Shown here in pieces: positions 1 through 12,894 of a stretch of DNA of 64,000 nucleotides. Positions within the stretch are counted from its first letter, which is position 1; each line of letters starts with the position of its first letter. The DNA comes from Eledone cirrhosa (Eukaryota): contig OZ024746.1 of assembly GCA_964016885.1 (NCBI GenBank), positions 14,446,001 to 14,510,000 of the forward strand, in the 5' to 3' direction. Made by a program: the position numbers and the translations under genes. The notes beneath the pieces are model-generated. The model did not search any database. It saw only the letters and a list, made by a program, of their open reading frames with translations, and was not told the DNA's origin.

Positions 1-20
1 GCATATATATATATGCACGC

Positions 21-75
<55 letters not shown>

Positions 76-996
76 GTTGTTGTTGTTGAAGACTTTTCAG
101 TTTTAATTTCTTTATTAGAATCTCGTATTCATAAATAAAGTAGTGAAATTTGCAGAAGGATTAAAATGCCTATCAAACTATCTTAAAATATGATTATTAT
201 AGCGTTGAACCAAATCAATAATATGAATGTGTGTAAGATACCACTCTTTATTAAAGAAAATTTGAAGTGCGTTGGATTATGGCCGATCCAATTCAATCTT
301 CACTATACATAAAATATAAGTTATAACTTGAAATTTTGATGAATTCTAAACAGTAAACACATGAGAAAGTTAAATATATAGTGATTATGAGAAATGTAAT
401 CGAAAATAAAAATAGACAAAGGACAAATAGAAAAGGTCTACTAATAGATGTAAACTTGTATTCCGCAAACATTATGCGGCAGATTCGACATGACAAACAA
501 CTTACAAACGTGAAGCGACATAATGATTTCAGATAATTTAAGGATTTAAAGATAAAAATAATCAAATGAGTAGTTGTTAGTAACTACTTGTGGGACAGAT
601 AATATATGATAATATGAAATTAACGAAGCGATGGAAAAGAATATGTGGTTGTATATTAGCGACTGTTGAGGAAATTAAATGAAATGGCAAAGGATTTAAA
701 TAATTAGATTACCATTAAGATAAAAGATCGCGGTTTTTATGATATTGCTTTTAAATTATTCTTGTGCACTGATATAATACAGCTGCATAGACCTATGTAA
801 TTGGTAATATACTATTGGTTTATGTGGCAATTAAATTAACGATTATTAATATGGGTGTCCAGAGAAAAGACGATATGATTGAATGCTTTGTTCAGAAAAC
901 ACTAATATATTAGAAAGACGTATTATGGTGTGTTCTATGAATTATGATGTATTTTTGGTGTGTTTAGACCCATTGTTGTTATTATATATTAATGTA

Positions 997-1185
997 GGGC
1001 GGTGGATTGGTGGTATCGGTAGAGCGTCGGACGCCATGCTTTGCAGCAAAGAGTTACGGCCCTTTATAGTCTGAGTTCAAATCCCACCGAGGTTAACTTT
1101 GCCTTTCATCCTTACGGGGTCGATAAAATAAAGTACCAGTAATACACTGTGATAATTGCTGGCCTTGTGCCAAAAGTAGAAACAA
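997..1185 (+). mobile_element. tRNA-derived SINE (family A), full length
   Basis: A-box-like TGGTGGTATCGG, B-box GAGTTCAAATCCC, conserved core GCCTTTCATCCTTACGGGGTCGATAAAATAAAGTACCAG, 3' end GGCCTTGTGCCAAAAGTAGAAAC. TATTAATGT occurs on both sides (possible TSD). Many near-identical copies in the window. Confidence 0.9.
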
Positions 1186-1527
1186 CTATCTATTAATGTG
1201 TAATCGATTACAAGGTTTCAGTTAGTATTGACAACGGATGAGTTATTTTGACTTGTAATTTTCTTCAACAAAAGCTTAACTCAATGAAAATGCTTTTATT
1301 CAAGACTTCTACATTCGTTCAACAATATTACGGCGATAATAATATAGTTTGACTGTATGGATTTATTCTAAATTTCCACTGCAGTCTTTATGATCATTCC
1401 TGTGTACAGTCAAGTGAAGTTGATGTCTTTGTGGCAATACCCAAAGTTTAAAAGTACAGGAATTTGTTTTATGTATGTGCGTGTTAGTGTTAGTGTGAGT
1501 CTATCTGTATGTGTGTATGTGTCTGTT

Positions 1528-1599
<72 letters not shown>

Positions 1600-1693
1600 T
1601 GTGTACGTACTTGTGGCTAATGTTTTTCGCTTTCTGCTACATCCGAATAACAATAACAACAAAAATAGTAATAATAATAATCATTATTATTAC

Positions 1694-2186
1694 AATCCCG
1701 CCGAGGTTGACTTTGTCTTTCATCCTTACGGGGTCGATAAAATAAAGTATCAGTAATGCACTGGATAATTGCTGGCCTTGTGCCTAAAGTAGAAACAATT
1801 ATTATTATAATTGGGTGGATTGGCAGTATCAGTAGAGGGTCGGACGCCATGCTTTCCAGCATAGTTACGTCCCTTTACGATCTGAGTTCAAATCCCGCCG
1901 AGGTTGACTTTGCCTTTCATCCTTACGGGGTCGATAAAATAAAGTACCAGTAATGCACTGGATAATTGCTGGCCTTGTGCCTAAAGTAGAAACAGTTATT
2001 ATTACAATTATCCGCTGTGAATTGGCAGTATCAGTCGGACATGCTTTCCAGTATAGCTACGTCCTTTTACGATCTGAGTTCAAATCCCGCCGAGGTTAAC
2101 TTTGACTTTCATCCTTACGGGGTCGATAAAATAAAGTACCAGTAATACACAGGGATAATTGCTGGCCTTGTGCCAAAAGTAGAAAC
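1694..2186 (+). mobile_element. Tandem trimer of SINE family A (5'-truncated 1694-1800, then ~1813-1995 and ~2013-2186)
   Basis: Three head-to-tail copies of the same core, separated by short (ATT)n spacers. Confidence 0.9.
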
Positions 2187-2283
2187 ATTTGTTATTACCA
2201 TTAACATCTCTATCATAATGACAACTATAATAATAATAATCCCATCAGCAAAATGAACAAGAATTGTTCGTGACTCTGTGTAA

Positions 2284-2284
<1 letters not shown>

Positions 2285-2350
<66 letters not shown>

Positions 2351-2368
2351 TGTGTGTGTGTGTGTGTG
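2285..2368. repeat. (TG)n microsatellite
   Basis: Direct reading. Similar (TG)n tracts at ~23-72, 1532-1604, 14768-14868, 16689-16781, 23285-23361, 32908-33016, 34241-34485, 39436-39517, 44078-44188, 50974-51072 and 58640-58770. Confidence 0.97.
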
Positions 2369-2475
2369 CGCGTAGATATGTCGAATTGTTAAGGTTCAAT
2401 ATGTAGCCGAGTACACAAATATGATTTTCTTAATTTTGAATAAATATATTTTCTTTTATTTATCCTTGTGTGGTC

Positions 2476-2517
2476 TGTGTATGTATGTATGTATGTATGT
2501 ATGTATGTATGCATGCA

Positions 2518-2548
<31 letters not shown>

Positions 2549-3163
2549 ATATGTATGTATGCATGTGTGTGTGTATGTATGTATGTATGTATGTATGTAT
2601 GTACGTATGTATGTATGTATGTATGTATGCATGTGTGTGTATGTATGTATGTATGTATGTATGTATGTATGTATGCATGTGTGTGTGTATGTATGTATGT
2701 ATGTATATATGTATGTATGCATGTATGTATGTATGTATGTATGTATGTATGTATGTATGTATGTATGTATGCATGTGTGTGTATGTATGTATGTATGTAT
2801 GTATGTATGTATGTATGTATGTATGTATGTATGTATGCATGTGTGTGTATGTATGTATGTATGTATGTATGTATGTATGTATGTATGTATGCATGCATGT
2901 GTGTGTGTATGTATGTATGTATGTATATATGTATGTATGCATGTGTGTGTGTATGTATGTATGTATGTATTATGTATGTATGTATGTATGTATGCATGCA
3001 TGTGTGTGTGTATGTATGTATGTATGTATATATGTATGTATGCATGTGTGTGTGTATGTATGTATGTATGTATGTATGTATGTATGTATGTATGTATGTT
3101 TGTATGTATGTATGTATGTATGTATGTATGTATGTATGTATGTATGTATGTATGTATGTATGT
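2476..3163. repeat. Compound (TATG)n microsatellite with periodic GCATGTGTGT interruptions
   Basis: Direct reading. It is the source of the long MYVC/HTYI pseudo-ORFs. Related tracts at ~3468-3643, 30360-30454 and 41371-41462. Confidence 0.97.
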
Positions 3164-4087
3164 TCTTCTGGTTTTATAATTTCACAAATTTTTTTCCAAT
3201 AGAGAGAGAGTCGGTATCTAACATAGATACAAGACTCTTTTATTGGAATCTACACAACATAAACTAGGTAGATATGTATGCATGTCTGCATGCATACATG
3301 CATGTGCAGGTATGGATGTTATTGTCTGTGTGGATGTGGATGTTTTAAGTTGTATGTGTGCATGTGCATATGCTCTGTATCTGTACATGTGTATATGCAG
3401 TTATTAGATGCTGAATTTTTGGAATGTTTTACATATTTTTACTGTTTCCATTAATGGATTCTATTTGCATGTATGTGTATGTGTGTGTGTGTGTATGTAT
3501 ATATGTATGTATGTGTGTATATATGTATGTATGTGTGTATGTATGTATGTATGTATGTATGTATGTATGTATGTATGTATGTATGTATGTATGTATGTAT
3601 GTATGTTTGTATGTATGTATGTTTGTATGTGTGTGTGTATGTATTTATTAATAATGAGTAAGTTATGAGACATAATGTCACTTAATTGATCAGAACACCT
3701 TAAATGAAAACTAGTTGTGGACCATCATCAGTAGTAGTTACAATGCACGTTGTAGCCATATGCATGAGAACAAAACAAATATCGAACAATGCATCCTATG
3801 ATTGAGTAGTTCTTATAATTTCATTATTGTTCTCTATTGCAGACAAGAAAGCAACCAATGAGAAAGAGAAAATGATAAGATAAGAAAGACGTTAAAAAGA
3901 TACTATTTCTAATTGCAGTAATTAACTACTATGAACTAAATTGGAATTCATGAAATGAAAAGAATGCTAGATAGTACTATGAAGTGGATTCTCCTTTACA
4001 ATTTACTTTTATCCAGTCATTATTATTTATCGATTCATTTCCCCGAAAATAATTTTTATCAAAAACAACAGCAATAATGATGATAAT

Positions 4088-4290
4088 AATTGTTTCTACT
4101 TTAGGCACAAGGCCAGCAATTTGGGGGAGGGAAAAGCTGATTAAATTAATCCCAGTGTGATACTGGTACTTTATTTTATCGACCTCGTAAGAACGAAAGG
4201 CAAAGCTAACCTCGGCAGGATTTGAACTCGGAGCATAAAGGGCCTTAACTCTATGTTGCGAAGCATAGTGTCCGACGCTCTATTGATACT
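4088..4290 (-). mobile_element. SINE family A, longer variant with G-rich insert
   Basis: Reverse complement of the SINE core, with the extra segment GGGGAGGGAAAAGCTGATTAAATTAATCCCAG. A 3' fragment also lies at ~4420-4485. Confidence 0.85.
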
Positions 4291-4405
4291 GTAGAGTTTA
4301 TCTCGAATTGGCAAAGTTCCTCGGTAGAACTGCCAGGCCATGGATTTCTGGAAGTTATCCATGAGCCATGGACTGAAAGTTCTCCACAAAAGAGTGGCTA
4401 GTTGA
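4290..4405 (-). mobile_element. Short Tx1/L1-like LINE fragment (region C-terminal to RT)
   Basis: Minus-strand translation LLWRTFSPWLMDNFQKSMAWQFYRGTLPIRDKLY resembles the W..xW+xx+gxLPxrdkL motif preceding zf-RVT in L1/Tx1 ORF2. Confidence 0.55.
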
Positions 4406-4789
4406 TTTTCAATAATAATAATAACCTTTGGCACAAGGCCAGCAATTACCACAGTGCATTATTGGTGCTTTATTTTATCGACCCCGTTTGTCAATATGTA
4501 TGTGTGTGTATATGTTTACGTATGTGTATGTTTGTGTGTATATGTATATATGTGTACCTGGCTGGTATCAGGGCGCGCAGTAAGTTCACTGGGAGTGCAG
4601 GACCTCGAACTGTTACAGTATTCTTATAAGAAGGAAAGTTTAATATGAAACCAAGTGAAACACCATAAATACCAGTTACAGACCTGGCGCGAGATATATT
4701 TTTCTCTAGATGAAGATAGATAGAGGTTCTTTAAGTCATGCTAGACAATCTATCTAGTGATTGTGTCACGAGAAAAATACCGGGAAAGA

Positions 4790-6320
4790 AAACCATTAAA
4801 CTACAATACTTCAAATGAGTGAAAATGTCAAATACATTGAATGTAGAAAATGGCGTAATTGGGGTAATCTCGGATGAAAATCTCTCTCCCGGTAAGTGTC
4901 CTATTGCTTTGCAGGATGGGCCCGGTTGTCTTCAAAAGACTGCTGAAGTGAAGAAAGTTAAATGGACAAAAGAGTTCAATAAGATCGTAATGGAGTGTCA
5001 CATGCGAAGTAGGCTGAAAGTAAGGGATGCAGATAAAGAATGGCCACTATCTGGAATGAGATAGATGTGTTTCGTGCAACTGAAGCACAGCTTGCTAGCC
5101 AGGAAAGATAAATACGAGAAAGAGGCTGGCTGTCATATACAGAAATAGAGGAGATTGGAAGAATGATTGAAAAAACTGAAGACAACAGAGAAATTACAGA
5201 GAATAGGTGAGGACATAATAAAACAAAGAATAAAGAGGAAAACGAGCGAGATTATATTGAAAGTGTTGTTGAGGGAAATATAGCAGAAAATATTGTGAAT
5301 TCTGTTGACAAGAATATTGCAGCAGAAAGGTGGCAGATTGAAATTAGAAACGAAATTAGTGAAGAACGACAAACAATCATAAACATGTTGAAGGTGAAAC
5401 TGGGAAACGCAGGTGAACTTGAAGCAATTAACCAGCACAAAGCAAAATCAAAGTTGATCGTGATAAATAGTCAAATAATAATAATAAGCTTACTTTTAGC
5501 ATTACGTCTCTCTATCACTCGCTCAGTGAGAAGCTAAAGTTAAGATATACAACTGATAAACAAAGTAATTCAACTTTCATTTCGTTTCATCTCATTATTG
5601 AATTATCTTTCTCTATCACCCTGTGGTGTGTTTGGGCTGTTGGACCCAAACAATAATAATACCAATAATAATTGTTTCTACTTTTGGCACAAGGCCAGCA
5701 ATTATCCCAGTGTATTACTGGTACTTTATTTTATCGATCCCGTAAGGATGAAAGGCAAAGTGAACCTCGGCGGGATTTGAACTCAGACTATAAAGGGGCG
5801 TAACTCTATGCTGCAAAGTATGGCGTCCGACCTTCTACCGATACTGCCAATCCCCCGCCCTTAACAATAATAATAATAACTCCAACAACAACAAAAATGA
5901 TGTTTTTGTTCTAACAGAACAGATTATTTGAAACAACTCAAAAGGGTTTTTTTCCTCAAAAGCTAACAGGTAATGTTAAATATTTACTACCTGACCCACA
6001 CGAAGCTACAACCTTTTGGAGCAACATGTAGAGAAGATAGGTGAAACATAATAGAGACTATGAGTCGATCGAGCATATCAGACGACAGCTTGAAGAAGTA
6101 CCCAAATCCAGATACAATCCGTGTGGATAAAGATTGCCAAACTTTAAGGTTATATAGGACCAGGTGCCCTCCATTGCTACTGGATTAAATATGTTAATAC
6201 ACTACATAAAATCATTGGTCTCCACCATAATGAATGTTTCGCACAGGGTAAGGTCCCAAACTCCATATTTGAAGAGCGAGCCACTTTTGTTATGAAAGAG
6301 CCTACAAAAGGTTTTATAGC
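4790..6320 (+). mobile_element. Decayed R4/Dong-clade LINE, 5' part of ORF (interrupted by a SINE)
   Basis: Frameshifted peptides KVKWTKEFNKIVMECH, IWNEIDVFRATEAQLASQ..RERGWLSYTEIEEI, NRLFETTQKGFF, PDPHEATTFWSN and GPGALHCYWIK resemble R4/Dong N-terminal and pre-RT motifs. Confidence 0.7.
5668..5860 (-). mobile_element. SINE family A, full length
   Basis: Reverse complement of the 997-1185 element, set in an (AAT/AAC)n-rich site inside the Dong remnant. Confidence 0.9.
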
Positions 6321-7033
6321 TAGTTTTATTACTTACCTATTGTCTTCACCTTGTCATCAATCCATACCTCTCCTCCTTCAAGATGTATTGTCTCAATCAA
6401 GTGAAAACGTGATATCTACCGAGGGCATAAAAATACTATTCCCTAGAATCATATCTACGACAGACGTGCACGTCCTCTCATTCTTTAGAACGTAAGTGGA
6501 ATCAATGTTCTTTCTTTTGATATGAGTTCATAAAATTAATTAGTTTCCTTTAAAATATCATTGAGAAGAGTAAACCAATAGTTCTACAAAAATTAGATCA
6601 AATAATTTGAAATTAATTAATGAATTAATTAATCAATGAAGTGAAATGTTTCGTTATCATAATTCCTATTAAAAAGTAGTGCTGGCTCATAGAAGCTAAT
6701 ATGCATCAAAAACATATCAAGTCACCCAGAAAGTATAACTGATTACTATGCGCTTATCATAGAACCATAAATCGAAACATAATTTGGAGTGATAAACTTC
6801 AGACAATTTCAATATATGTGTGTGGCTGCCTCCTATCATTCGATTGTTCAGCTGCTATAGTACAGCTGCAACTTCGGTTATACTCATTATTTTATATATA
6901 TATATAGTTAGAGAAGCAAAAAATTGCTTATTGTGATCCAGTTCTTGGTTAAGAAAGCCAGTTTCATGGATGGTTTCAACGTACGGTTAGGAATAACTCC
7001 ACAAGTTTGTAAGAATTCCGTTCAATCTTGGAG

Positions 7034-7343
7034 TATATAGTATAAAAGAGAAAACACAGGTAAGCATTAAGAGAAGGATTTTATCCAGGTATTTACGACC
7101 GTTTCATTGATAAGTGCAACCTTATATTGCTATACTGCAAATAGCAGCCACTCAATTATAATTGTTGTTCACAGTCCAAATTTTCAAATTTGAAAATTTG
7201 GACTGTGAACAACAATTATAATTGAGTGGCTGCTATTTGCAGTATAGCAATATAAGGTTGCACTTACCAATGAAACGGTCGTAAATACCTGGATAAAATC
7301 CTTCTCTTAATGCTTACCTGTGTTTTCTCTTTTATACTATATA
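7034..7343. repeat. 310-bp loop-less palindrome (fold-back element)
   Basis: 155-bp arms centred at 7188/7189 (TTTTCAAA|TTTGAAAA) with one mismatch seen. The right end runs into (TA)n. Confidence 0.95.
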
Positions 7344-7355
7344 TATATATATATA

Positions 7356-7437
<82 letters not shown>

Positions 7438-7442
<5 letters not shown>

Positions 7443-7582
7443 TTCTACAGGACTAGAACTGTTTCATTCGAAGGAAATTAATGAAACAGTTCTTGTCCTG
7501 TAGAAGCCATTTCTATATTAAAAAAGTATACTCTGCTATGTATTGAGTACCTTACTGTGGTTACCCCCGATTAAACCGGGGA
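7438..7582 (+). mobile_element. Mini fold-back element (31-bp stem plus tail); related copy at ~22146-22283
   Basis: Arms ATGGCTTCTACAGGACTAGAACTGTTTCATT and AATGAAACAGTTCTTGTCCTGTAGAAGCCAT, followed by a tail containing TTGAGTACC. Lies between (GA)n and (TA)n. Confidence 0.75.
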
Positions 7583-7585
7583 TAC

Positions 7586-8012
<427 letters not shown>

Positions 8013-8060
8013 AAATAGAGAAATAGACAACAAAGTTTCAGATTGACTTGTTTTATTCAT

Positions 8061-8120
8061 GACCACGCGTGACACGCGTTTCGCAAATGGTCAGCTCTGG
8101 TTTCGATTTGCTCATCAGAT
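8061..8120 (-). ncRNA. Hammerhead-ribozyme-like motif
   Basis: Minus strand CTGATGA-GCAAAT-(loop)-ATTTGC-GAAA-CGCGTGTC. Stem II is perfect and stem I weak; AATAAA follows. Related motif at ~21283-21368 (-). Confidence 0.55.
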
Positions 8121-8470
8121 GTATTGAAGGTCAGAATCTAAATATGCCTATCTACTCAAACAGATAGGAAGTAATATGAAATAAGTATTGGGGTAGTTAG
8201 CAGAGTGCTGGAGGGAGCAGATATATTGAAGGCTCAGTATAGGGGAAAATTATCACATGGTAACTAGAAATCGTTGTTGCAGTAACAATACATTAATGGT
8301 GGAAGTATACTACACTTATTTTCACTGAAGTCTATTTGACTTGTGCCACAGAAACATGCTATGTAGTTTACGTATTAATTGAATAGAGTGTGGTGTAAAT
8401 TTGAAGGATATCAGAAAACAAAAAAGAAAATCTGTTAGCAGGTGTTATGTTATTTTATGCCGGAGTGGCA

Positions 8471-8558
8471 TCGAATAAGCATAAATCCACAATGAGAGAA
8501 TGGTATGAGGGCTTTCGAATAAGCATAAATCCACAATGAGAGAATGGTATGAGGGCTT
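8471..8558. repeat. 44-bp perfect tandem duplication
   Basis: TCGAATAAGCATAAATCCACAATGAGAGAATGGTATGAGGGCTT twice. Confidence 0.95.
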
Positions 8559-8723
8559 TCTAAAGGTAAAGATTATTCAAGAGTTGGCATTTAGCCACGC
8601 CTAAATATCCTCTATGTGATCATTTGACACTTTGGAGTCAGCAGAAACTACCTCTTTATCTATCTAGCTAGCTAGCTAGCTAGCTAGCTACCTAACTGTC
8701 TATCTATATACTTTGCTAGCTGC

Positions 8724-8758
<35 letters not shown>

Positions 8759-9998
8759 ACTGTCTATCGATCTATCTACCGACCTACATTCCTAGCTACC
8801 AAGACACAGGGCCAAACAAGGCATTAGCCGCACCAAAGCAATTGAGAGCGAATAGGGATTAATGTTTAGAGGGGAGAGGGTGTGAAGGAGAGATAGAGAA
8901 TTCATTTAAAGCTATGTCTATGTCACAGAGCCGAAAGAAAGAAAAAGAGAGAGGGTGCGAGCTGTTTTCCTAGAGATACTAATTGAGTATTGTTCAGTAG
9001 GCATAATTATCGCACCAATCACATTGTAACTGTGAATGATCATAATAACTGCCTAATGAAATTATTTGAACATTGAAGAGATTAAAAATTATTTTTCCAA
9101 GAATATTATGCTTTCAATTTTCTCTTCATTATATAATAAATTATTTTTATCCTCATGAAAATTATAAACGCTTTTATCTTTAGTTATAACTTTGAAATAT
9201 TTTAAATTTTATTTTAGTAACATTATTATTTCCTGGTATATGTTCAATTGAAATTATAAAATTTGGCACGTCTTCATTCGCTGTTCGATTCTATCCACTC
9301 AAACACGTTCATACTCAATGTCATAGTTTTTTTGTCGTTTTTTTTTTGTTTTTTTTTAACATAGTCTCCTGTTCTAAGAAAAGAAAATGAAAGTGAAAAC
9401 CAAAATAGCGCAATAAAAAAGACAAAACAAACAGATATCCAACAAGAACGTGATAAAATACCAACAAGACCATAATTCATGTTCTGTTAGTGAAATAAAC
9501 AAAATTGATGAAAATGATAATGAAAGTAATCTTTGAATATGAGAAAATATAGGAAGTCAAAAAATTACAAATATTTAACAAAAATATTTTTTAAATCAAT
9601 GGCAACTTCAGCAAAAATAAATATTTGTGGCATTCTGGTGAGTAGTTCAGATTAACATAGATGGGTCACGCGGGCGAGACCAGCGTTGGCCTATTTTCGT
9701 TCAGAAGCTAGGCAACTAAACCCTCCACTATGTTAAAGTTGGTGTATCTGTGGCGTAAATCGTTGAATATTTTTTTTTTATCTCACGTCTTTATGGAAAG
9801 TGGGGTAGCATGAGTGTCAGTAAAAGAGGGGGGAAGAGAAAAAGAAAGCGGTGTTGGCGGCAGTGATGCTGCCGGCGTTTTAAACATACTCTGTTCAAAA
9901 ACTATTAGTGATCAGCACATTATAAATGAGTAAAATATTCTATTTTGGCAATTTACTCGATTTATTTTATTGTATTGTATATATCTAATTAAGCTCTG

Positions 9999-10137
9999 TA
10001 TATGATATGTGTGTGTATATGTATGTATATGTGTATATATGATATGTGTGTGTATATGTATGTATATGTGTATATATGATATGTGTGTGTATATGTATGT
10101 ATATGTGTATATATGATATGTGTGTGTATATGTATAT
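9999..10137. repeat. ~36-bp minisatellite built from TA/TG units (~4 copies)
   Basis: Repeating ATATGATATGTGTGTGTATATGTATGTATATGTGTAT-like unit. Confidence 0.85.
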
Positions 10138-10879
10138 AATTTATACAAAAAACTCCTAAAATGCCATACTGCGTGATTGTTTCTAATTAAACTGCGAAAT
10201 TTCCATGGGATCAACAAGTATTCATGGAAGCAGAAATAATAAGAATCCGATTTATGGAAATGAGAACTAACGCTGATTGATATAAACATACTCAACAACA
10301 TATAAACAATTAGATGAAAGGGAGAAATTTGGAAAGAGAAATGTCATGTTATGCAAACATTAAAAGAAGCAGAAATATTACATCTCCAAGGAAAAATTCA
10401 AATGAAAACAACTGAATCATGAAGATAATGGCGAAATGTTAAAACGACAAAGACAAATTGCAGATTCACAATGCAAGCGAACAAAACATGACAATGAATA
10501 ATGAAGATTGGATAAGTTAAGAAATGGTACGCATCACTAAATTGAAACTTTGATTCGGATAAAATGATTTTCCCTATTAAATATTTCAAACACGAACCTA
10601 TAGCTATTTAAATTACTCTGGCTCTAGAGTTGAAACTGATCCATAGGGCATTTTCACGTTATCCCTTTTTAAAGACTATGTGTGTTTTAAAGACTATGTG
10701 TGAATGATAGGATTCGTGCATGTTAATATTATGAGAGTAGTAATGTACAGTATTATAATGTTACTGTAACACAAATGCATCCAACCAGAATGACTGTACG
10801 GTCGAAGTATAACGTTTTGGAAGGACATTTGGATTTTAACCAAGTTAGACTGCTATATTGGCAGAGAATTGCAGTCGAG

Positions 10880-11015
10880 TAAATCGGTCCTATTTTTATA
10901 GATCTTCGAAAGAAAGAAAAGGCGAAGTTGATCCCGGGGGGAGATTTAAAAGAAGGTAAAAAGCCGGAAAACATGCTGCAAGAAATGTTGTTCGATGTTC
11001 TAACGATTCTGCGAA
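10880..11015 (-). mobile_element. Old, degenerate SINE family A copy
   Basis: AAAGGCGAAGTTGATCCCGGGGGGAGATTT...TCTAACGATTCTGC resembles the reverse-complemented SINE head and core. Confidence 0.55.
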
Positions 11016-11529
11016 TACAAAACCCTGAAATACTAACTTAATTGTGCATCAAAATTATATCAAAAGTTATCAAGTTATATTCATTTTTTTTTGGGGGGGG
11101 GGGGGGATTTTCTTTTATAATCTTGTATTCTAATGTCAATTATTTTATCTATTCCAGAAGGATAACGGGTGCATCGACCATGACAGAATATAAACTCAGG
11201 GAAATTCGACAACAAAATAAGTATAGAATTCATGAAAGGAAAAGTACAGCAGTGAAGCAAGAAAGAATAAAGCTTCGAACAACAGCGATAAGAAAAATCC
11301 ACAATGTAATAGGATTTAAGATAGCAAGATGAAGAAAATAATTGATGGGAATTTAGAAGTAGAAATGATAACTGAATATTACTGCTAGCATTGGGGGGTG
11401 CTTACATGACAGTAAGGAAATTAATTATGTGCTGTATATAGTATAGGAAAATAAAGCTATATAATGCACAATGTCAATAAATATAGGTCTCTTCATCTAT
11501 GTATATGTAATAAGATGAACGAGCTCAAA

Positions 11530-11613
<84 letters not shown>

Positions 11614-11936
11614 GGGGGGGGTGAAAAATGAAATTTCATTTCTCACTCTTAACAAACAAACCGAACATTATATTAAATGTTCGGTAAACCCATACGTACA
11701 TATATGTGTGCATGCATGTATGTATATACATACTACTGTACGTCTGTATACATATATGTATGTACGTATACATACTTATATTTATATATATATACACCCA
11801 CTTACATCTCTCTCTCCACCACCGGATCTTGTTACCCGGAGATTTACCCATTTGCATTGTCGAGGCTTCCAAACGACTTAAAGATATTTATTTATTATTC
11901 CACAATGCTTCAAGCAAACTTCAATACTCTCTTATA

Positions 11937-11986
<50 letters not shown>

Positions 11987-12710
11987 AAACTATATATATA
12001 TGTGTGTTTGTGTCTATATTGTATCTGTATTATTTTTGACCGTTGGTCAGTCAATGGCAACATTGAGGACCGAATAAATTAGATTACCGATATAAAAGAC
12101 ACAGAAGCGAAAAGCGAAAACCAACCAAACAGTGAGTGTGTTCTGTTATTAATTCTGGCAATATTACACAAATATGACCCTCCCCAAGTATAAAAATATA
12201 TATATATATATATATTTATATATTTATATTGATTGATTGATTGATAAAAAAAGAATGCTATAAAAATCTACAGATGGTTAAAAATACTAGACAATATCTG
12301 ACTGCATAATACAGCTGCTAAGATGTGACACGGGAATCTTAATATATCTGGTAATGTTCACAATGTAAGTAGATTAGAGGTCAAAGAAACTGAAGGTATC
12401 TAAAACAATCACGTGGACATAGACACGGAGCAAATTTGTGATATGCAATGAAACGTCCATTTGTGAATTTCACGAAAACATTGTCATTGTGTAAGAATAG
12501 CATTAGCACTGCCATATATACAATATGTATAAAATACATCCTTGTGGATAAACTGGGATGTGTCATCAGTGAGGTAACTTGGAGCATTACGTATTTCGAG
12601 TCTTTCAACAGCTAATGATAGCAGGTATGGCTGGTGACCCTGCAGAATTACCTTGTGTACTGCGACGAAGAGGACAGTGGAATAGAAGCACAACTAGTAA
12701 TAAAAATAAT

Positions 12711-12894
12711 TGTTTCTACTTTTGGCACAAGGCCAGCAATTACCCAGTGCATTACTGGTACTTTATTTTATCGACCTCGTAAGGATGAAAGGCAAAGTAA
12801 ACCTCGGTGGGATTTGAACTCAGAATGGCAAGGGCCGTAACTCTATGCGTCAAAGCATGGCGTCCGACCCTCTACCGATACTGCCAATTCATCG
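12711..12894 (-). mobile_element. SINE family A with 17-bp TSD
   Basis: Full copy flanked by CTAGTAATAAAAATAAT at 12694-12710 and 12895-12911. Confidence 0.93.

Noticed and set aside
997-1095. tRNA gene
   Set aside because: A and B boxes are present, but they are the head of a multicopy SINE and I see no convincing cloverleaf.
2389-3267. Long ORFs of 160-265 aa in all six frames
   Set aside because: They are translations of the (TATG)n tract. The same applies to all CV, HT, YI, SL and RE repeat ORFs in the track.
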